A stretch of 64,000 nt of DNA from the human T2T-CHM13v2.0 reference genome, Homo sapiens (GCF_009914755.1 NC_060932.1), one strand, 5' to 3'. Counted from the stretch's first letter, positions 19,945 through 35,560 are shown. Numbers and translations are program-made. The notes: generated by a model not told the origin, from the sequence alone.

Positions 19945-20926
19945 TAATTATCAGTTAATCAGCAAACACAGTAAGTACTAATTGCTCACCAGTCACCATG
20001 CTAGTCATTGGCATGATGGGGAAAGCAACAAAAAGGGGTACCAACAAGACATGACCATGAGTGTCAGTCACACCATCACTTTGCTGCTGATTCCTACATC
20101 ATCAAAAGACAAAGATTTCTAAATCTTTATGGATCTATTGGTGATTTTTAAGTGCTGTCATATTTTTCATCTATGATCCTAGAAAGAAAATTACATTCTC
20201 AATCTAGCATTAAAACTTTATAATTGCAGCTCACATATTCTTAGCACATTTAGGAAGAGATATATGCTAGATATGAAAGAGGAATACAGATGTTATCATT
20301 ATGTAATACTGAAGTTGACCACCTGGCTGTACTGTGTGATCCCCATTGGTAGGGGAGGAGATGACAATATATTTTTTTGAAGTTTCTTACTTTTTCCTTT
20401 TAAAACATATTCAAGTAAAAAAAAATACTCAAGTGGATGAGACCATATATGATCTTGTATGTTTATAGAAGCAGTAGCTAGTCAGAAAAATAATCCCACT
20501 GTTGCCATGGTGATCATAAATTATGGAGCCATTCCACCAGAAACCTCATTCACTTGAAAATTGAAGTCCCTATGTGACAATAAGCTGAGAAAATTGTCAT
20601 GTAAGTTGGATGAAGAGGACATCGCAAAATCTAAGACACCAAAAAGCATGTGACAAGGGGTGAGTGCCTCGGTTCACTTTGCCTCAATCACAGGCAGGTG
20701 GATACCCTCTCTGGAACCTCCTGTTAGAGATCAGATAACTTCTACAGCCGAAAGACACATCTGTAGCTTTATTTTTTTTAATGTACTTTTAAGAAAGTAC
20801 ATGAGATGAAAAAGACACGGTGGCAAGTTTGTCTTCCATAGAAATGACCTGCTTAATCAAGTGGTGTTACCTCCAAAATGGAAGCAGTGTCTTTAATAAA
20901 CTTAATTGTTATGGAATACTCATTTA

Positions 20927-21223
<297 letters not shown>

Positions 21224-21899
21224 TTATAACACTTCCTCATGCCCTGTTGATACTAAGTGACTCCCATCTCCTCTGCCAACGATGAGGGCCTGTGGGTGAG
21301 GGCAAAAAATGTGAGCATCACCATATGGCAGAGCAATAGCACACGCACTGGGAGTTGCTGGTGGCCATCTTCCACTCATCCAATCAACCAAGGAGCAGCA
21401 GAGGTCATCTGCAGAGTGAGAACCCTGAAAAAGAAGCGGAGAGAGAAAGAGAGAAGAGAGGAGAGAATACCCCACGAATCCCAGCAGCCTCCCAGCGCCC
21501 TGTCCCATTCTCTCCTGAGGCCCAGCTGCCCACTGCCCTCAGGTCTGTAAGTCATTCCCACATCTTACAGTCAATTCCCTGCTACGCACACCAGCTGACA
21601 CTTAAAATAAAATGGGCTTAAGCAACCAACTCCATTCACACAGCGATAAGGAAATTCTTCAGCCCTTGTCAACTTCAACCTGTTATAATGTCACCATCTC
21701 CTCTTCCTTCTTCCTTTTTGCCTGAGGGGACTGCCCTTGACATTGGCATTTTCTATTGCCTGCTCTCATCTCATAATACTGCCTGCCCAACAGAACATAT
21801 GACATTTCCCTTGGTGATCACTCAGCTGGCTGTCTGGTTTAAGCTTTATTTCTTAGTGGCTGGCTGTCTGCATCAACTCCCTGATGTCTCTCAGTAAGT

Positions 21900-22160
21900 A
21901 ATAGTTAACTAACTTTTATTTTTGAGCATTTACTATATGTGGCATCCCGTTCCAAGTAATGTATCATTATTAATTTATTGATTCAATTAGTCTTCACAAC
22001 AACCCTATTGGGTAGGTATCAGAATATCCCCATTTTACAGCTGGGGAAAGTGAGGAAGTGAGTGGTCAAGCCATTTTCCCAACCTCATACCACCAGTGGG
22101 TAATGGAAGAAGTATTCGATTCCAGGCAGTCTGGCTTCAGAGCCTTAACACACAACCACC
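21900..22160 (-). mobile_element. MIR
   Basis: ttgagcatttactat...cacaacaaccctat...ccccattttacag core. Confidence 0.75.
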
Positions 22161-23234
22161 AGCCAGCACGGCCTCCCTGGCAGATTCAAGTCCATGTGTG
22201 CACTGAAAGGCATTCAGCAATATCCCCCAGGAGACGCTACATTTTGAAAAGAGCTCCTGGCTTTTGGAGTGAAATTGCTTTAGGCAGCTTCAACTGTCTT
22301 CAATGATGTGCACACTCACACACATACAATCCACACACACAAATATACAAACACACATGCAATCACACACACAAATATGCACATACACACACACACACCC
22401 CTCAACTCGTAGCTAAAATTGCACTGAAAGATCACATCAGCTTGAGGAAGCTGTTAAAGCTCTGAGTCTGGAGACCAAGACAAACACAGCCTGAGACAAA
22501 ACATGCCACAAACCTGCAGCACTAGGGGAACAGCCAGCTAGCAGCAAGCACACCACTCTCCACCACCCTTACTTATTCCTATACTGTTCATTGAACTAAT
22601 AAATACACTAGACCTTGGAGGGTTAATAGAACTTTGAGAGGGTTGGTTTTCTTTTTTCTTTTTGTTTTTAATGGAAAACCAATCCCACCCCAGAAAAACC
22701 TCTTGCTTCCAAATTGGGGGCTGCCAGTGTTGAATGAACTTCATACCCGTGGGAGAGAAAGGCAGCTCCCAGTGACTGCACACATGTAAAGCAGTGGGTA
22801 AATGGAATAGGTCTCAAATATACCAGATCTATAGAAATTGCAGGCTCATACAGAAAAAAATATGGTTTGCAACAAGAAATGTAAAATGTGTAGGAGGAAA
22901 TTGAGCTCTTGACAGAGAAGTGAAACATTTTCTTAGAATTGTTGGAGACAAATAGTTTCCCACCTAATATAGCCTCCTCCCTATCACTGTAGAAATGCAT
23001 CCAATTTCTTTTTATGTTAAAGCAGTTGACATGCTAATTTTCACATCTTGTATAATCTTGAAAATAAGAACAAAATATTTACCATCCACAGAAGTATCTC
23101 ATTTCATTGGCCCTATATATGAGAGTTAAAGAAATGGAGTAACCATGAGCTATTACTTGTCCTCAACTCTACTGTTCTAACATAAACTTAAAGAGTTTAA
23201 GAGGCGACAAAGTGATGCTATGAAATAATTTAGA

Positions 23235-23600
23235 TTGAGAGTCAAGAAATGTGGACTTTGGTTTTGAGTCTAACATTTAATTGGAAAGCAATTTCTCCAA
23301 CCTGTACCTCAGTTTCCCAAATAGAGAGTAAAAAAGCCTTAGATTCTATCATCTCAGCCATTTCCCAGCACTGGAATTCAGTGATTCTCTCCCAAGATGT
23401 TACCTTGAACTTACTTGTGAGAGACAAAGGCCATGGGGCTTGGAGTTTCAGACCTGCTAAGAATTCTAACTCTCCTGCTTACCAGCTACGTTATCTTGAG
23501 CACCTTGGCCTTAATTTCTTGCTCTATAAACTGGAAATAATGGTGCAAGCATTGTGCAGATTGCTGTGAAAAGAAGTATGGAGAATGGAAAAGCATCTAT
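23235..23600 (+). mobile_element. MIR3 and MIR fragments
   Basis: cctcagtttccc and ttaatttcttgctctataaactgg core remnants. Confidence 0.55.
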
Positions 23601-24011
23601 CACAATATCAGGCTAATGGTTGTCACAGGGCAAAAATGGAAGAAAACTCTGTGAAAGTGGTGAGTGGTTGAAAACAGATGTTTTGCAGAAAAGTGGAGGA
23701 GAGTGGAGGGAAGCCTACGGGGGCTGGGTAGAGGGAGGTGAGGCTGGGAAGGGCAGTGGTTGGGAGTACCATGGAGTGGAAAAACAGCTCACTTCAGAAT
23801 TGTACTAATATTCTTTCCTATCTAAAAAATTTGAGGAGCAGAGAATTTGAATATCTCATTTGGTATAGCCCAAAGATTTGGTCAAAATGAATAAATACAT
23901 GAATACAAAAATAAAAGCTACTCTAGAAAACCTGGAAAGTCCTAAATCATGAGATGCTAAATCATGAGCTGTGGTTCCATATCGAGATATTTGGCACATT
24001 GTTCTCCAGAG

Positions 24012-24197
24012 CCAGGGTTTCCCAGACACTGATCTTCAGAATCCTGCTGCAGAATCATCTGGAGTGTTTGTTAAATATGCAGAATCCCAGGACCCACCCA
24101 GACCTTTCAATGCTGAATTTCTAGGGTGGGTACGAGACTGTGTGTTTTCAAGCAGCTTCTTAAGTGACTCATGCACACTCCACTCTGAGAATCACTG
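24012..24197. mobile_element. MER5-type hAT-Charlie MITE
   Basis: cagaatcatctggag...ttaaatatgcagaatcccagg; terminus tgagaatcactg. Confidence 0.75.
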
Positions 24198-27100
24198 TAG
24201 GACAAGATTAAGGAGTTCCTACTGATCAAGCAGAGATTTCCAATAGGCATTGTTGCCCTTATTGCCTGTCCCTTTTAGTACAGGAATAATGAAGGATTTT
24301 CCCCAGAGTAACAAGCCTTTGCAGTCTTTTTCTAAGCATGCAGTGCTGCAAAAGCTCTCTATCCCTGGAATTTTTATCTGTGAGCTTGTCCAAGAGAACT
24401 TAATGGTTTTCCAGACCTTTAAAGTCAAGTTTGCCCTCTTTCTCTCAGATTAACACATATGAGCATTTAGGAATAAATAGTTAACAGAAAATTCAGAAAT
24501 GCTAACAACAGGGAGAAATAAATTATTTACATTATCTCTAAATGCTAGATAACAGAGATTTCTACAATTCTGCTGGCTTTGTGTGGGTTTTACAGATAAC
24601 CATGCATGGAGATTTTGTTGGAAACCCAAAGAGATACTCATAGATCATAGCCCATATTTCCGTCTCTGCCATCATGACAGAAAGCCAGTGTTGTCCAGCA
24701 GGCGGCACAAGGAAGCACTAAAGTCTCTAGAGAATGGTGAGTAATCTCCAACTGAACAGAGGCTGACAGCAACCACTTTAAAAGGCTAATCTAAATGTAT
24801 GAGCCTTCACCCTTTGCCTGTTCTCTGAATGTTGATTCCAGAAGATGTGCAGCAGAGATGTGCCACCTGCACTTCCTAGATGGATGTGGAAAGGTCAAAG
24901 CATTTGTGGCAGAAAACAGTAACTCTCGGGATGAAGCCGATTTAGAAATTACAAGATGTCCTCTAACACTCTTTCCTTTTAGCCAGATGAACACCCTGGT
25001 TTGTTTTTCTAAACCCCAGTTAATACTTTGTAGCCTTCAAAGTGCCTTGGGGGAGTTATTCAAGTTCCCTATCAAGGGACTTCCCCTAAGAGTGAGTGGG
25101 AAGATCGTTCTGGAAGAAGCACAGAAGCTAGTTTGCAGAAATTTAAGGTGAGTTTAGAAGATGAGGTACTGAAGAGCAAGCCTGATAATTTTCAAATCAT
25201 TCACAGTAGATAAATAACCATGGGTAGCAACTGATTATGGAAAACCATGCAGGTGAGAGGTTGGTGTCACACACCAAGTTCATGCACAGTCGCCTCATGT
25301 GTGGAAAGGATCTCTTCCGACTATATTTTACATCTCATCAGTGGAATTCTTCCTCCAAGTTTTAAGATGAAAAACCTCCCCAGAATCACCAAATCATTTC
25401 AAGTTTACAAATTCCAAAATGCCAAATAAATGTTTCTTAAGGAACAATAAAGCTCTGATTAATTTTTGATGACAAAATATTAGGAATCACCATTGTGATA
25501 ATTTTAAGCCTATCTGAAAGGCTTAAAGATCGTCATTCATTACATCACGTCCAGTTTATCCAATCTTATGGAAGAAAAATTAAGAAAACATTAATTCTTA
25601 AATATAGAGAAGTGACTTCAAATCAACTCTCAATAATCCAACCAATGGGATATAATAATTTGGGAAATTCAAAATAGCAGATAATTTTTAAAAATCTATT
25701 TACTTTTGTATTTTATCAGGCTTCTTTTAAATTAGTGCATATAACACATAAAGTATAATAAAACTCTTTAAATTACATATTATTCCCCTTATCAGATAGT
25801 AAGAAACTGTGAATAAATGAAGAAGAAAAAAAGATTTCTCAACTTAGAAGGAGATGATACTGAAATGCTCTTCATTGTATTATCCAAAAATAAATGTGGG
25901 GAGCTGAATGCTGCAGACTCTGAGGAGAAATTTCCTATTAAACAACAATCCAATAGTTATTAGGAAATATTCTGGCAGCATTTCCAGTTTTCAGCACATA
26001 TACATATAGATATGTTTTATGAGCATAGCACACAGGCCACACAGCCATCCTGAGCAAGAGGCACACCGAGCGTTACCATCTTCTAAGATTTGAGGTGGTT
26101 GCTGCTAGGCTAAGACTGTAGAGCGAGAAGTGCCTGGCCAAGACTCTGCACCAAGTTCAGCCTGGGATCTGGCACTCACTGCACTGTGGCGGGTATGTTT
26201 GCATTCTCATTTTGCCAAGAATATTATCATTCTCAGCCAAGACATTCACAGGGAACATCAAGGACTGTGGAAAAGTTAAGATACTCCAATGCTCGCTGTT
26301 CCATATCTTTGTCCTGACTGTGTTTTATTCATTGAGCTCCGTGCTTGTGCTAATAAAAATAAATCAAGTGAACAGCTTTCACTGAAACTGTAGTGAGAAA
26401 TAGCACGTCTACAAGTCATTGATATTGCTTAAACTTTGAGTGCATTTCTTAAAGCTTTTTAAGGCAGTTGAGAAGTAGATTGCAAAGTTCTTACTTCAGT
26501 CCCCCAAATCAGACCAGCTGGCAATGTGACTCTCTCCCCTAATAGGTTCTGTGTGGGGGATGAGCTTGTGCTTACACCCACTTCGCCTTGCTGGAAGTAA
26601 CAGTTTCAGGCTTCTTCAACATAGTTTCTCCTTGGATGAGAAGGATGGAACAAAAGATTCACAAAGCAGATGGCACAAATCCCAGGATGCCAGGCAAAAC
26701 TTGTGGCCATTGCTTCCTCTCCTGTTCCGTCCCCATGATGGGCGAAATGCACAGCTGTCACTCACCACAGGCCACTAAGTAAACCTCTGTTCTTTGTTAC
26801 ATTGGCCAAATTTGCAAAGACACACAGGGAACACAAACACATCCTTCAAAATATCAGGATGGGCATTTGCCTCAACAGCCTAACAGCAAATGCCCACAGA
26901 CAAACTGTTCCACCACAGGGGCCTCTGGAGAGAGCTGGCAGAGGTTTGTTGAAGATAAATCGGAGAGGCAGGATGAGATTTTGTTCCAAATGGCTAGATT
27001 AGGCTGGGTTCTAATTCATTCTCAAATGCCATTCCCCTGCCTCAAAATTGAGCGTAAACACTACATAGCACCACACTGCACTCAATACCACAAGTCAGGA

Positions 27101-27276
27101 GCCTTTGAAGCAGGAGGAGAGGAAGGGATGGTGAGAGATTGTTTATTATTTCAGATGGAGAAAGAAGGGTGGGAGATGGCTGATCCCCCTCACCTCCACT
27201 AAGGCCGGAAGAGTCTGCGTTCTCCTGCTCAACCCAACGCAAATATTACACTCCCTGGCATATGCAGCTTGGTACC

Positions 27277-27571
<295 letters not shown>

Positions 27572-29232
27572 TGCAGCTTGGTACTTTTTAATAGCAGATA
27601 AAAGAGCACATTGCATGGCTTGTCTTACAATGCAAATTTGCCAAGTTCGTGGCCTCAGCCTCCAGGAAATCTATTGTTTCAGAAAAACCTTTCTCAGCTC
27701 TTGAGAATGATAGTGACTTCATGTGTTGCATCCAGATATCTCTCTTGGTCACCCTGCAGCTTCCTGGTCCCTGGCTCAACCCTGTCTTTGGCCATCACTC
27801 CTCCTGTCCGCAAATCAGCCTTAAACAAATAAAGCTCTACTTTTGAAGGATATTGCAGGAAAAATCTACCAAGTTGCTTTATGAGGAAAATGCCAGCGAA
27901 TAATGATTTAGATAAATTTCTTAAAACGGGATTGTCGACAATTTGGCACTCAAAAATGTTAGGGAAAGAAGGGGAATAGGGGCCAAGGGGAAGATCTCTA
28001 GGAAAGGATTTTCACTGACCAACCCCTCCAGGACCTCTGCGATTAAACGAACACCCAGCTCAAGCTGTCATGCGGACCCCCTCCCTCAACACTCCTGGGT
28101 TCCTCCGAGTACCTTCAGGACATGATGTGCTACTGCAGAAAGCACATAGCGATGGCTTCATAAAATCACAGACTTTGAAAGTGACTAGGGAATGTAGAGA
28201 CCATCCATCCAAATCTTTCATGTTATTGGTAGGGAAACAGGTCTAGAGAGATAAAGAGACTCACCCAAGGCCACAGAAGTAACTGGAAAAGATCATAGAT
28301 GTCAGTTTCATCTTGACCGTAGGGGCTGGAAGCTCTGCCAAGCCACCTACACACTACCAAACTCAATTCATTGCAATTGCACTTTAGCTCAGCTAGAGCT
28401 CCCAGCTGCAACTTGGTAGCACCTGGGAGAAACAGAGACAAGCTGGCAGAGATTACCACCCCCTCCCCTGCCGCCACCTGCTAAGGTCAGCCAAACTCTC
28501 AGAATAGAGCCCAGAAGATTGCACCTGTTTTTCCTTGTTTTTTTAGACATCCACTGTTTGACCTAATATTTTCTGAAATGGCTGTATTTTACCTCTGTCC
28601 TTTCTCATTCTCTACGGTGAAGTCACTGAGGCTGTCAACTGGATCACAGCACCTTTCTGTGAACACTTAGCACACGGTATGGAGGAATGAAGAAGTGCTT
28701 GTGACTCTGAGCCACCCTAGCAAATGGGCAGTGCCCTAACTCAGGAGTCCAGAAATGAGTGAAATTTGAAGACCTTAGAAAGTGGCCCAAGGAGAAGGAC
28801 AAACATAATTGGGAGGAAATGAGCCAGCTGAGAACAATTGGAGAGAATGGGGAGTGCTATATTCTCTATTGAAATATCAGGGCCTACGAGGACTCCAATA
28901 AATGTCTCCAAGTTGTATTGCTGGTAATGAGAAGCTATTTCTCACTCCACTAAGAATGAAGATAGAGATGCGAAAAGAAATAAGAACTGAGATGAAGAGG
29001 GAGAGAGGACTGAATGGAGCCATATGTCTGTGTCTGTTAGAGTGGTTTTAAAGTTGGCTGCTACAGTGATTTGGAAACTATTGCCCTGGTTTCAGGAGTG
29101 AAGGAGGTCAAGCTCCAGGGCATGCTATTCTCACTTAGACTCAGAGCCAGCCCTGCCTCAGTAGCTCAGCACCCAAGGCCTTCTGGAATCTGTCAGCTGA
29201 ATTCGTCCTGCTGTTCCACGCTATGCACTTAG

Positions 29233-29340
29233 TCTCTCTCTCTCTCAATCTCTCCCTCTCTCTCAATCTCTCTCTCTCTCTCAACCTCTATCTCTCTCTC
29301 TCTTTCTCTCTCTCTGTCCCTCTCTTGCCCCTCACCCCCC

Positions 29341-29378
<38 letters not shown>
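29233..29378. repeat. Compound microsatellite: (CT)n with an approximately 18-bp unit repeated three times, then (CA)n
   Basis: Read directly from sequence. Confidence 0.93.
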
Positions 29379-29379
<1 letters not shown>

Positions 29380-30438
29380 TCCTTGGAAACTATTGCATAA
29401 AAATAAGAGAATAAATTCTATTTTTCTGAATTGTATTTTTAAAGACACAGGAAAAAATATAAGATTTGGGTACTTTTATACCCAACAAGTGATTTTATAA
29501 AGAGTCAAAATAAAAATGAAATTACTTTCAAGAAGAAAGATCTGATGGAATAAATGAATTAGAAGGGAATTGCCAAGGGAAATCCTAGTTAGAAAGATCC
29601 CCCAAATCCAGGAGCTGAAATAATTAGCCAAGATATGAGCTGAGGTAGCTCCATTGGGATATTCAGTTCACAGTCACGAGAAACTACACAGGGGTCGAGA
29701 GCTCAGTCTCACCACCCAGGTTGGCATATTCTTGGAGAAATGGAAAAAGTGGTGAGGAAACAAGGATAGAAAATCTCAGATTTAGAAACAGAGTGTTGAG
29801 GCGGCAGTTGACATTTTCACTTTGATGACTAACTTGAGCCGCATGTCATGAGCAGGGTGGGCTGTCAACACATCTATCTGTAGGTTTGTTTTTAATTTTT
29901 TCTTCAATTGTTGCATCAAAGGCTTATCAGAAAGTAGTATTTGATTAATATGTGTCATTTCAGTAAAGATGCATATTTTCCTGGAAAAAACAGGACCCCA
30001 GTTGGTCTCAGGCACCGTACTGAATTGAGCCTACTTCGGAGCTCACATATGGCAGGAAGGGCACCGGCACCATGCCCCACATGCAAGCTGGTCACTCGCC
30101 ACAGCTGGAAGGACAGTGCACCAGACAGCGGTGTTTTCTGGAACACTTTTCTTCCTTCACTCTGCTCAGCTAAATTAGCCTCACCCTTCCAACTCGAAGA
30201 AAGTCCCACCTTTCCCAGAAGTGTTTCCACTCTGGCACACATCGAACCTTCTTTCTGTAAACCTCTATACACGTATGAAACTCAGAATGTCCTGGTAATG
30301 CTTAGCTGTGAGGAATCTCATCTTCCCCTCAGTAAGCCAGTTCTCTCAAAAGGCAGCGACCAGTCATACCGATTCTTATACCCCTTGAGTATCTCCCATG
30401 GAACATGGCCTGGTGCTGAACCTGTGAATTTGCAGTGA

Positions 30439-31585
30439 ACACACAACACACAAGACTCGCCACATCACATACACACCACACACCCCATATATACACACAA
30501 TATGCACATACACCACATACACACCACACACCCCATATATATACACAATACACACACACCACATAGACATCGTATATACACACAATACACACACCACATA
30601 CACACCGTATATACACACAATACACACACCACATACACAACACACATCACACCAAATATACACAACACACAAGACACATCACACCACATACACACCACAC
30701 AAGGACAAGACACATCACACACACCATATACACACCACACAAGACACACCACACCAACAACCACAAAAGACACATCATACTACATACACACCACACATAC
30801 CATATATATACAAAATACACACACATCATATATATATGAAATACACATACCACAAAAGAACAAGACACATCACACACACCATATATACACACACACACTG
30901 TATACAAACCACACAAGACATATCAAACCACATACAACACACACCATATATACACACAATACACACACACCATATACACACCACACAAAACACATTACAC
31001 TGCATACGCACCACACACACCATATATACACACACCACACAGAAGACATACACACCACACAAGACATATCACATTACACACACACCACACACACCATATA
31101 TACATACAACACATACACACCACACAAGACACATCACACCACACACACACCACACAGACCATATAAACCCACAACACATACACACCACAAAGGACACACC
31201 ACACTGCATACACACCACATGCCATATATACACACAACACATACAACACATACACATCACACAACACATCACACAAGACACACCACACCACACACACACC
31301 ACATACACCATATATACACACAATACATACATACTACTCAAGACATATCATACCACATACACACCACACACAGCATATATATACACAATACACACACAAT
31401 GCATACACACAACACAAGACATATCATACCACACACACAATACATACAATACACCACACATACATACATATAACATGCACAACACACCACCTACAAACCC
31501 ACACAACACATACACATGCTACACAAAACATACATGTCCACACACACCACCCACACAAATATACTCACCACACACACAAACACAG
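30439..31585. repeat. About 1.15-kb degenerate CA/TA-rich tandem repeat (units such as CACACACCACATATA, CACAAGACA)
   Basis: Very G-poor + strand; generates spurious His/Thr and Val/Cys ORFs. Confidence 0.93.
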
Positions 31586-31633
31586 CAATGCCCCACCCAC
31601 AGTGGCTGCGATGGTTCCTGCATTTCTCTTTAG

Positions 31634-32620
31634 TCTCTCGCAGCCCTGCAGCCGGTCCTGAGCGTTACTCAGCTGGGGGATAACAGACCTGATGCGTCCG
31701 CCTCCAGCCCAGCCCTACCAGCCCCAGGCGAACTCCTCAGGCCCAGATCCTGCTCCAGGAGCCCAGCCTCAGGAGGGCCGTGTAACCCCCAAGGCCCCAC
31801 TGATGCGGCGCTGAGCCCCACGGCGCTCCCGACAGCCCTGCCCACTTGGCCAGGTGCAGGTGCCCACCCTCCGTGGACCCTGGGGTTGGCATGGAGGGCC
31901 CCACCCAGGCAAACTCGTTCCCCACAAGTCCTGTCCCAAGCCTGGTGGGGCCCAGTTCCTTCCCGGCCGGGGGCGCCAGCTCCCGCCTTGCCCTGCAGCT
32001 CAGCATCCCAAGGGCGGCATGGCTCAGACGCCCCGGTCCGATGGGCTAGGCTCATCTTAGAGAAGTTGCCCAGCGAGCCCCACCCCATGCGGCCGGGAAA
32101 TCAGGCACTGCGGGGGGCGCCGTGTGGCTGGTGGATGCCGTGGACGTGAAGGCGACGAGGCATGGGTGACGGGTTCCCTGGTGTCGGGAAGCCACGCCCC
32201 GTGGCTGTGCCGCGCCCTTGCAGCCAAGCTTCCCAGCCTTGGGGGTGCAGGTCTGCCTGCGATTGCCTCTGCCCACTCGGATCCTTCTTGAAGGCCAACC
32301 TCACCAGCACTGGAAGCATCCTGAGCACGATGGAGTAGGGGATGAGCCCAGCCAGGAAGCTTAGGACTCTCAGTGCAGCTTGGCTGGCGCTCCTCTGCTC
32401 AGCCTGCCCTCACTCTGGGCAGAGAGGTCCCCAAAGCTGCGGCCTGCTGCGCACGGCCTATTTGACAGCTCTTCTTGTGCCCTGGAGAGTCACCCCATGC
32501 CCAGCATTTCCGGCCATCAGAGAGAGGGCCTGCCCCTCAGGGCAGTGTGCACCAGCCCAAAATGCCCATCCCAGTGCTGCCCACCCCACGCCCCCCTAGT
32601 GCAGACCTCCTGAGCTGAAT
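31634..32620. promoter_or_regulatory. GC-rich, CpG-enriched block (CpG-island-like)
   Basis: Visibly high GC and many CpGs relative to the window; no repeat identity recognised; function not shown. Confidence 0.45.
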
Positions 32621-32759
32621 CCCTACCTGAATCAGGCCCCAGCTCCTCAGCTTTCTCAGATGGTTCTACTCGTCCAGTCTCTGGCGGGCCCTGCCTTTTC
32701 TCCTATCCTCAGTGGCTGTGCTTCTGGGCCCCACCTCAGCTGCACGGACCCAGGAGAGC

Positions 32760-32960
32760 AATATGGCTAGAGGCTCTGGCACTGGACTCAGACCTCTGGG
32801 GTACAAATCCTGGATCTACTAAATAATTCTCACTGTGTTGATTTGGGCAAACCATATAAACTCTAGATATCAGTATCCTGCAAAATAGAAGTATTAATAG
32901 TACCAACTGCGTTAAGTTATTGCATAAATTAAACCATCAAATTCACATAGAGCATCCAGC
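32760..32960 (+). mobile_element. MIR
   Basis: ggactcagacctctggggtacaaatcc...ttgggcaa...aaaatagaagtattaatagtacc. Confidence 0.65.
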
Positions 32961-33539
32961 CCTGGTAACTAGTATTGTTATCACCAGCTACATCTTGACT
33001 TGGGGCATACTAATGTCTGTTTTTATCCCTTTGTCTCCCTTTCTTCAACTGCCTCTATGTCCCCATGGCCAGGCCTCCCTGTTAATGTCCCCATGCCCTG
33101 GATCTTTCAAGAAACCCACCCCCACGGTATAAATGACCTGCTCAGGACCTGACCCTCTCACATCCTGTCCTGTGCTGTTTTCTTCTTATCTGATAAGTGG
33201 ACCTCCAATGAGGACGTTTGTGGCTGACAACATAATGTTCTGACCTGCAGTATTTTCAGCTAAAGAAGTACCCGAATGAGCCATAACATCGTCACCCTGG
33301 CTGCATGTTGGCCCCATCTGGAAACTCTTAAAAGCATGGATGACTGGGTTGTAGCTACAGTTTGCAAGTTCGTTGGTATGGACAGCAGCCAAGGTGTCAG
33401 TAATTTTAAAATTCCTCAGGAGCTTCTAATATGCAACCGAAGTTGAGAACCTATACCTTAGCTCAGAGGATGGATCACCTGGAAAAGAATTTTGAGCACA
33501 GTGGCAGCTGGGCAGGGTGATATCCCAACCAGGCCATGA

Positions 33540-33750
33540 GTGTGCTGGGGAAAGGTTTGGTATCGGGAGACCTGGCTTTGAATCTGTTTCTGTTAATTAT
33601 GAACGAGTTACTTCAGCTATCCAAGCCTCAATGTTCTCATCTAAAAATGGGGTAGTAACACACACTTCATTAGAGTTTGGGGAGATTGCATTGAGCTGAT
33701 GCACATGAAGTGCCGGGCATGGTGCGTGGGCCTGAGTAGTCTCTGGAATA
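33540..33750 (+). mobile_element. MIR
   Basis: agacctggctttgaatc...gcctcaatgttctcatctaaaaatgggg. Confidence 0.65.
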
Positions 33751-34151
33751 TAGTAATTTTTTTACTTTTTCCCTTTTCCCACAAGCCACATGATTGCAGC
33801 AATCCCATCTCTATGAAGGTTGCAAGAGCCAGTCTACAAGATTTGAGGTCAAGTGTGCTAATCCGTGGGGAAATAGACTTCACCCTTGTTTCTTGCCATT
33901 TGGCTCTCACTGCCTGCAGGACCACACTGTGACTTTACTGCTCATGGCCATGCTCTCCCTCCCCATCTGATACTTCTTGCACTAGCTTGTAGTCATTTAA
34001 AGATGGTCCCCTGTCCACTCATCTACTATTGCACATCAATCAATCATTCTTTTCCTTCCTACAGTCCAAACTTTCCCTCCCGTGATTTATGGCACACTTA
34101 CTGACAAGTGCACTGTCAATCAATTGTCAAAACTCACAAATACAGACAGTC

Positions 34152-34817
<666 letters not shown>

Positions 34818-35560
34818 GGAGAGAGGATTTGTGTGGTTCACGGACAATGTCTACCAAGTGTCCTTTCTCTTGCCTTTCCCTGACTTTGCTTGTTATTTAG
34901 AAGAGAAACTATGCACGATTCATCAGGAGCACCCTCACCTAACCAATTCCCTGCTGTAAGTTGGGAGGCTGGCTTCCCCTTCTGGGCATGGGGATCACTT
35001 GCTGACCTCCAGAATTCCTGTCCCACTGTCACCTCCAATCTCTCCTGTCTCTGACTTCTCTCTCCTGCTTTGAAACTTCCATCAAACCTCACGCAAGCTC
35101 GGTTACCCACCATCCTCAAAACACTTTTTCTCATCCTCTCTGCTTTCTTCCCTTTGCTTTCAAACACCTTAAGGGCACAGTCTTTCTGCTCCCTCCCTCC
35201 TCCTTCTCACTTCCTAGCCACTTCTCTACCCTTAGATTCAGGTATTTGTACCCACAAATGAAACTGTTTTCAAAAAATTCACTAAAAACTATCTAGCTGC
35301 CAAACCTGATGCATAATCCTGCATTTTGGCATTTGAGCTATTGCTCATGCAGATGGGTAGAAACTTCACAGTCATTTTCTGTTGCATGGAGTAAGCCCTT
35401 ATGGTAGGAAGAGCCAGACAGAGGCCACTGAAACTGCCCCCTCCCAGCCAAGATAATAAATCAGAATCAATACTCTGGTTGACGGTCCCTAGCCTATCCC
35501 TATTTAACTCACTTGCATGGCCCCTGCAAAACCCAGAAAGAGTAAGGTAAGAATGGCGTG

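Noticed and set aside
29941-30438. 165-aa ORF in unique DNA
   Set aside because: Non-ATG start, no recognisable homology or exon structure.
30329-31633. Long His/Thr-rich (323 aa, 265 aa) and Val/Cys-rich ORFs
   Set aside because: Artefacts of the CA-rich low-complexity tract, which rarely forms stop codons; open in several frames on both strands.
31669-32613. Many overlapping 70-140 aa ORFs in the GC-rich block
   Set aside because: Expected from high GC content; no recognisable domain, poly-A or TSD to indicate a processed pseudogene.
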